Part shown: in pieces, positions 62,851-64,000 of the stretch | Numbering within the stretch: the stretch's first letter is position 1 | Layout: the number at the start of each line of letters is the position of its first letter | Assembly (NCBI RefSeq): GCF_006345805.1 | Contig: NC_042998.1 | Span: forward strand, 46,314,001-46,378,000 | Direction of reading: 5' to 3' | Length of the DNA: 64,000 bases | Origin: Octopus sinensis | Taxonomy: Eukaryota | Notes under the pieces: model-generated | Database searches by the model: none | The model's input: only the letters and a program-made list of their open reading frames with translations | What the model was told of the DNA's origin: nothing | Translations under genes and position numbers: made by a program

Positions 62851-64000
62851 AGCGTATGTATGTATGTATGCGCACAACTATGCACAGGCATATTTTTAAG
62901 TATATATACATAATAGTATTATTACTATGTTTGCATGTACACCCCCACTCAAAAACCCCCACACTTATATACTTACAAATATATGAATGATCACATCACT
63001 TTCTCCTTCCATATATATACGTATATATATATATATACACATATACATACATGCCCTCACGCACTCACACACATACACGCGTGTGTGTGTGTATATATAT
63101 ATACATACACACGAAGGATTATATGTTTCAGTACTGAATTAGTTTCGATATTTAACACTGCTTGACATATTCCAGAAGGACAAAGACAAAGAGCATTAGG
63201 TTATACTTTGTCTATGGCAAAGGTCATATATCAGATGATAATAGCTTGTTTAACAATGTCTTTATATTGGAAATGTCCACCGATGTTTTCTCCGTCAACT
63301 TTCTATTTTATTATATTACCCCCTTTCTTTTTGTATGTCTCTTACTATTCTTCCACCGTTATCTCACTTCTCTCCTCTTTACATTTCGTTTCTGCTGTTG
63401 TTTCTCTCTTTTTTTTTCTCTCGTTGCGTCTTTACCTCACTCTTCTCCTAAACATGCTTCACTTTCTCCGTTATCCAGTAATATCAGATATCAACAAGAT
63501 ATGACGAAGATTTGACCATCTTTCAATATAGAAACGAAACCATTTTCCAACAAGAGAATTTTTTTCTATCCCACTTGATAATCAAAATGGTGACTGAACA
63601 TATCTTCAGGTATATTGACTGGCGACCATTTACCAGAAAATTTGAGTCGACTACATTAGAAACAGCAAATACACAAACTCTATAGATAAAATTGTATACT
63701 AATAAAAAACATACGCACGAGCTATATTTCACTTCAGCTTTTATATTAGTTAATAAATAAATAAATCAATAAACTGATTAACTGGTTTGTTAAAGTATTT
63801 TCGTCACAACCTGTGACTCTATTAATGATGGTGCACCTCTTTCACATGATTTTTCTCACTATCATCCATACCTTGTTTCTTCACTTTGCTGTAAAACTGA
63901 AGTACAATACAACCAGTGCATGTATTTCATTGGCAGCATGATCGTCCCAAAGTATAACAATATTTATTTCAACATACTATTTCAAATTTAGAATCAAGTA

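Noticed and set aside
63160-63960. Possible minus-strand exons or first exon of the receptor (e.g. ...GAAACAAG|gtatgg, ...GAGTGAG|gtaaag)
   Set aside because: The donors are phase 2 while the DBD exon needs phase 1; the frames contain stops and no recognisable homology.

Overview
Animal genomic DNA: AT-rich and full of microsatellites and SINEs. The repeat landscape looks like an octopus or other coleoid cephalopod (inference). Two spliced genes lie tail-to-tail, and the supplied ORF track shows them only in fragments. (1) Plus strand: five 3' coding exons (6936-18315) of a biliverdin reductase A-like oxidoreductase, whose N-terminal exons lie upstream of the window. (2) Minus strand: six coding exons (52628 down to 33052) of an NR2E-family nuclear receptor (PNR-like/NR2E6-like, P-box CDGCRG), whose first coding exon was not found. 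All splice junctions were checked by hand: GT-AG and phase-consistent. The rest is a dense mix of transposon relics: RTE, R4/Dong-like, Tx1-like, Gypsy, Penelope, Tc1/mariner MITEs, three tRNA-derived SINE families and foldback elements. There is also a 16-copy ~243-bp intronic satellite. The most interesting observations are the convergent pairing of a biliverdin-reductase-like gene with an NR2E receptor, several minimal hammerhead-ribozyme motifs (one inside a tRNA-headed SINE-like element with an inverted duplicated tail), and an orphan promoter-like island at ~29 kb. Transposon boundaries are approximate, to roughly +/-20 bp.
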